Source: Piromyces finnis finn (Eukaryota > Fungi > Neocallimastigomycota). Taken from it: 64,000 bases of DNA. Where the stretch lies: assembly GCA_002104945.1 (NCBI GenBank), contig MCFH01000009.1, forward strand, positions 930,001 to 994,000, written 5' to 3'. Below the pieces are notes generated by a model that did not search any database, was not told the origin of the DNA, and was given only the letters and a program-made list of their open reading frames with translations. Shown here in pieces: positions 60,650 through 64,000 of the stretch (within the stretch, counting starts at the first letter, position 1; each line of letters starts with the position of its first letter). The translations under genes were made by a program, and so were the position numbers.

Positions 60650-62900
60650 GTTTGTTTGTTTGTTAATATATCAAATAAGCGAGGTAATATATATAATATG
60701 TTTCGAAATTTTTCTATTCTATATATTCCTAAGAATTAACATACTTTATTAGAAAATATGGTGTTCGTTCAGCAATGCCTGGTAAATATATTCCCAAAAA
60801 TATTAATATTAAAAATAATATAAAATTAAAATAACATAAATTTAAATAAAAATTTTAAAATTTTTACAGGATATATAGCTTTGGTATGTTGAATAAATTT
60901 ATTATAAAATAGTTTATATATAATAAAAATAACTAATATTAAATTTTGAAAAATAGAAACTTTGTAAAAATCTAATTATAGTTCCAACAAGATTTGAACG
61001 ATATCATGAATTAAGTCATCAAATAAGAAATATAATTGCAAATTATGATCCGGATTATTGGTATAATAATTAAAAGTAATTTATACAAATATAAAAATAT
61101 TTTTTTTTAATCTTATAGTATTTTTTTTTTTCTTCATTTATTTCAAATAGTCCAGCTAGTATTGATGAAGGTATTGATTATTAAAGTAAATTAGGAATTT
61201 ATTATTAAATATAAACTAATGAAATAAAATGTCATTATTAGTATATTTAAACATAACAAATTTTTTAAATGATAATCCCAATTATACCCCAAGTAAAGTA
61301 ACAGAAGAATTAAGAGAAGAAATATATAAGTTAGTAACTAAATAATATATATAATTTTATATAAATATTAAATAATTAACAATAATTAATAAAAATATTT
61401 TAAGACAAACAAGGTTAACAGCTAGCGCTGGAATAGCCCCAAATGTGTAAGCATTATATTATTATCATAAATGTATGTGTATACAAATATAGTTTTGATT
61501 TATTAATTTATAAATCATAAATCATTGTCATAAAAATAAAAAAAAAAAAAAAAAAAGAATGCTAGCTAAGGTGCAATACCAAATATATTACCATTATTAA
61601 TATTAATGAATATCAAATACTAATTTTTACTACTATTGTTGTTGTTTTTCCACCTTCAAAATAGATTTGTTCAGGTAATTTTAATTTATATAATTAATAA
61701 ACTATATTTATTGTAACTATAAAACACTATATTAATTTTCTAACACTTTTAAATATTTAATTAGATATGAATAAACCAAATGGACAAACTGAGTTAAAAA
61801 ATTGTACTGATGAAATTTTGAAATTTTTGAAAGATTTGCCGATTGGAAAAGTGTCAGGTATATATATATATTTAAGTGGAGAAATAACAATTTAAAAAAC
61901 ATAATGAAATAAAATAATTTTGATTTTAATATTTAAACAGGTATTGGAAAAGTCGCTGAAAAAACTCTTAATGAATTAGGAATTAAAACATGCGGTGAAT
62001 TGGTATGAATATATTGCATCATAATTTTTTTTAAAAAAAAAAAAAAACTAATCAAAATTTTATATAAATTAAAGAAAGAAAATATGGTTTATATAAAAGA
62101 ACTTTTTAAACCGTCATCTTATCAATTTTTATTATCTGCATCTTTAGGATTAGGAAGAACAAAAATTGAAAAGTAAAGTATTTAATTTAGTAAATACAAT
62201 AGATTTTTTGTAATTGGTATAATGGCAATTAAAAAAAAAAAATAAAATAAAATAAAAATTTTATTAATATTAATATATTTTCATGTTAAATAATATTTTT
62301 TAGTAAATGGAAGAGAAAAAGTATTAGTGTTGAAAGGTAGTAATAGAAATATTATAAATTATCAAAAAAAAATTAAATTTTATAATAATCTATTTTAATT
62401 AAATTATAGAACTTTTTCAAATACATCTGAAATACAGAAATTAGAAGATAAATTACATGAAATATCATGCAAATTAGCAAATGATGTAAAAAAAGAAAAT
62501 TTAAAAGTAATTATTTTTGTTAATTATGATAAAAATTATACCATGATTTTTGAGAATAAGTTATTAATATCATATCTATATTAATTTCATTATTTGATTA
62601 AAAGGGAAAATCAGTAACATTAAAATTGAAAACATCTTCATTTGAAATATTAACTAGATGTTTGACAATTTCAAAATATATTTATCAACAAGAAGATCTA
62701 TATAAAGTTGGAAAAAAAGTAAAATTTATTTACATTATATTTTTTTGATAAAACTTTATAACAGCACAATATAATAAAATAATATGTTCAATTTAAAGCT
62801 ATTAGATTCATATTTGAAGGAACGTCCAAATCAAAGTTACAGATTAATGGGTTTACGCCTTTCTTCATTTTTAGATGAAAAAAATGGAACATTTTTAGAC

Positions 62901-62939
<39 letters not shown>

Positions 62940-63547
62940 ACTATAATTATATAATTTAAATATACGACATTATTTATTTAATCCATTTTTTATGCCTATT
63001 TTTATAGTATATAAAAGTTATGGATAACAGTAGAAATACAGTTGATATCTTAATACAACAAAAAGAATATGAGTGTCCAATTTGTTTTAAAATTATCAAA
63101 GTTAGTAATATTATGGAATTTGAAAAGCACGTTAATCATTGTATAAGTAAAAATGAATCAAATCAAAATAATAACGATAATTTATGTGAATCGATTAATA
63201 TTAATAAAAAATCTAAACTTAACGAAGAGAACGATTTTATTCCAAAAATTAGACATAAACATGAAATTAACTACTTCCATAAAAGCGAAAAAAATACTGA
63301 ACAAAAAGGGAAACAAAGTGAAGAAAATACAATACAAATGTACATAGAAAATAATAAGAATAATAACATTTACAAATCAAACCAAAAAAATGAATTAACA
63401 AAAAATAATAACCAAAACCAAAATGGCGATCATAATTGTGAAATACAATGTCCAATATGTAAACAAATAATGACCAATTTTTCAAATGAAAAATTGAATA
63501 GGCATATTGATATTTGTTTAAATAAAGATATAATAAATAATTTATAA
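59599..63547 (+). CDS. POLK: DNA polymerase kappa (Y-family, DinB1), extremely intron-dense
   Basis: N-clasp LNPNKGGLQNVDKEKINKIIYEVSK|GSAFF, RDLSQYIVHVDM|D|AFYASVE, STANYE|AR|KYGVRSAMPG, SIDE|VYLNIT, SAGIAPN..LAK|ICS|DMNKPNGQ, GIGKVAE, RKSISVE|RTF, VTLKLKTSSFE, YRLMGLRLSSF, and two C-terminal UBZ4 fingers (CPIC..HVNHC, CPIC..HIDIC). Confidence 0.95.
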
Positions 63548-63626
63548 TTAATAAACTGTACATTCAAAGAAAATTATTAAATTATTATAATTATTTCTAC
63601 ATTTTACTTTATTTTTGTTTTTTGCT

Positions 63627-63637
63627 TTTTTGCTGCT

Positions 63638-63709
<72 letters not shown>

Positions 63710-63803
63710 TTATTATTATTATTGCTGTTTTTTTTTTTTTTTGTTTGTTTGTTTGTTTGTTTTGTTTTTTTTTTTTTTTTTTAATTATTAACATCATTAA
63801 AAA

Positions 63804-63836
<33 letters not shown>
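63627..63836. repeat. Compound low-complexity tract (poly-T, (GTT)n, (GTTT)n, poly-A)
   Basis: Read directly; it generates the artefactual ORFs 63609-63797 and 63622-63849. Confidence 0.9.
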
Positions 63837-64000
63837 ACTGAATATTTAAATTAAATTACTAATTCACTTTTATTATCAAATCATAATAAAATATAGTTTA
63901 ATATTAATAAATAAAATTATATTCTTCTTAATTATTTAAGAATTTATTCTAAATTATTTTTATTTTTAAAAGATAGTATGTATATATATATATATTGTTT

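Noticed and set aside
63609-63849. Poly-Lys/Thr and poly-Phe/Val ORFs
   Set aside because: Artefacts of homopolymer and microsatellite tracts.

Overview
Extremely AT-rich, intron-dense eukaryotic genomic DNA, most consistent with an anaerobic gut fungus (Neocallimastigomycota). This is inferred from base composition, poly-A/T introns and a solute-binding-protein/class C GPCR fusion. By manual splicing I can support 14 protein-coding genes. In order: an MLKL-like four-helix-bundle + TKL kinase gene running off the left edge (-), a cyclin K/T-like gene (-), an intronless bacterial-type alpha/beta hydrolase (-), an SBP-class C GPCR (+), NSUN5/Rcm1 (-), FANCI (+), RAE1 (-), a plasma-membrane syntaxin (+), PLAA/DOA1 (-), UBC13 (+), cyclin Y (+), an orphan Pro/Asn-rich gene (+), a single fimbrin-type actin-binding-domain + coiled-coil gene (-), proteasome beta2/PUP1 (+), and DNA polymerase kappa (+) (15 counting the orphan). 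Non-coding features are a ~250 bp GC-rich retroposed insertion with a 33-nt poly(A) tail and an exact 13-bp target-site duplication, a 78-bp tandem duplication, an intronic minisatellite and many microsatellites. The most interesting items are the MLKL-like non-RD kinase (candidate fungal cell-death/immunity protein), the SBP-GPCR set divergently to a likely horizontally acquired hydrolase, the half-fimbrin/coiled-coil protein, two 4-nt micro-exons in the Pol kappa active-site region, and the retroposon. All family calls come from motif recognition by eye; no database search was run. No tRNA, rRNA or CRISPR array was found.
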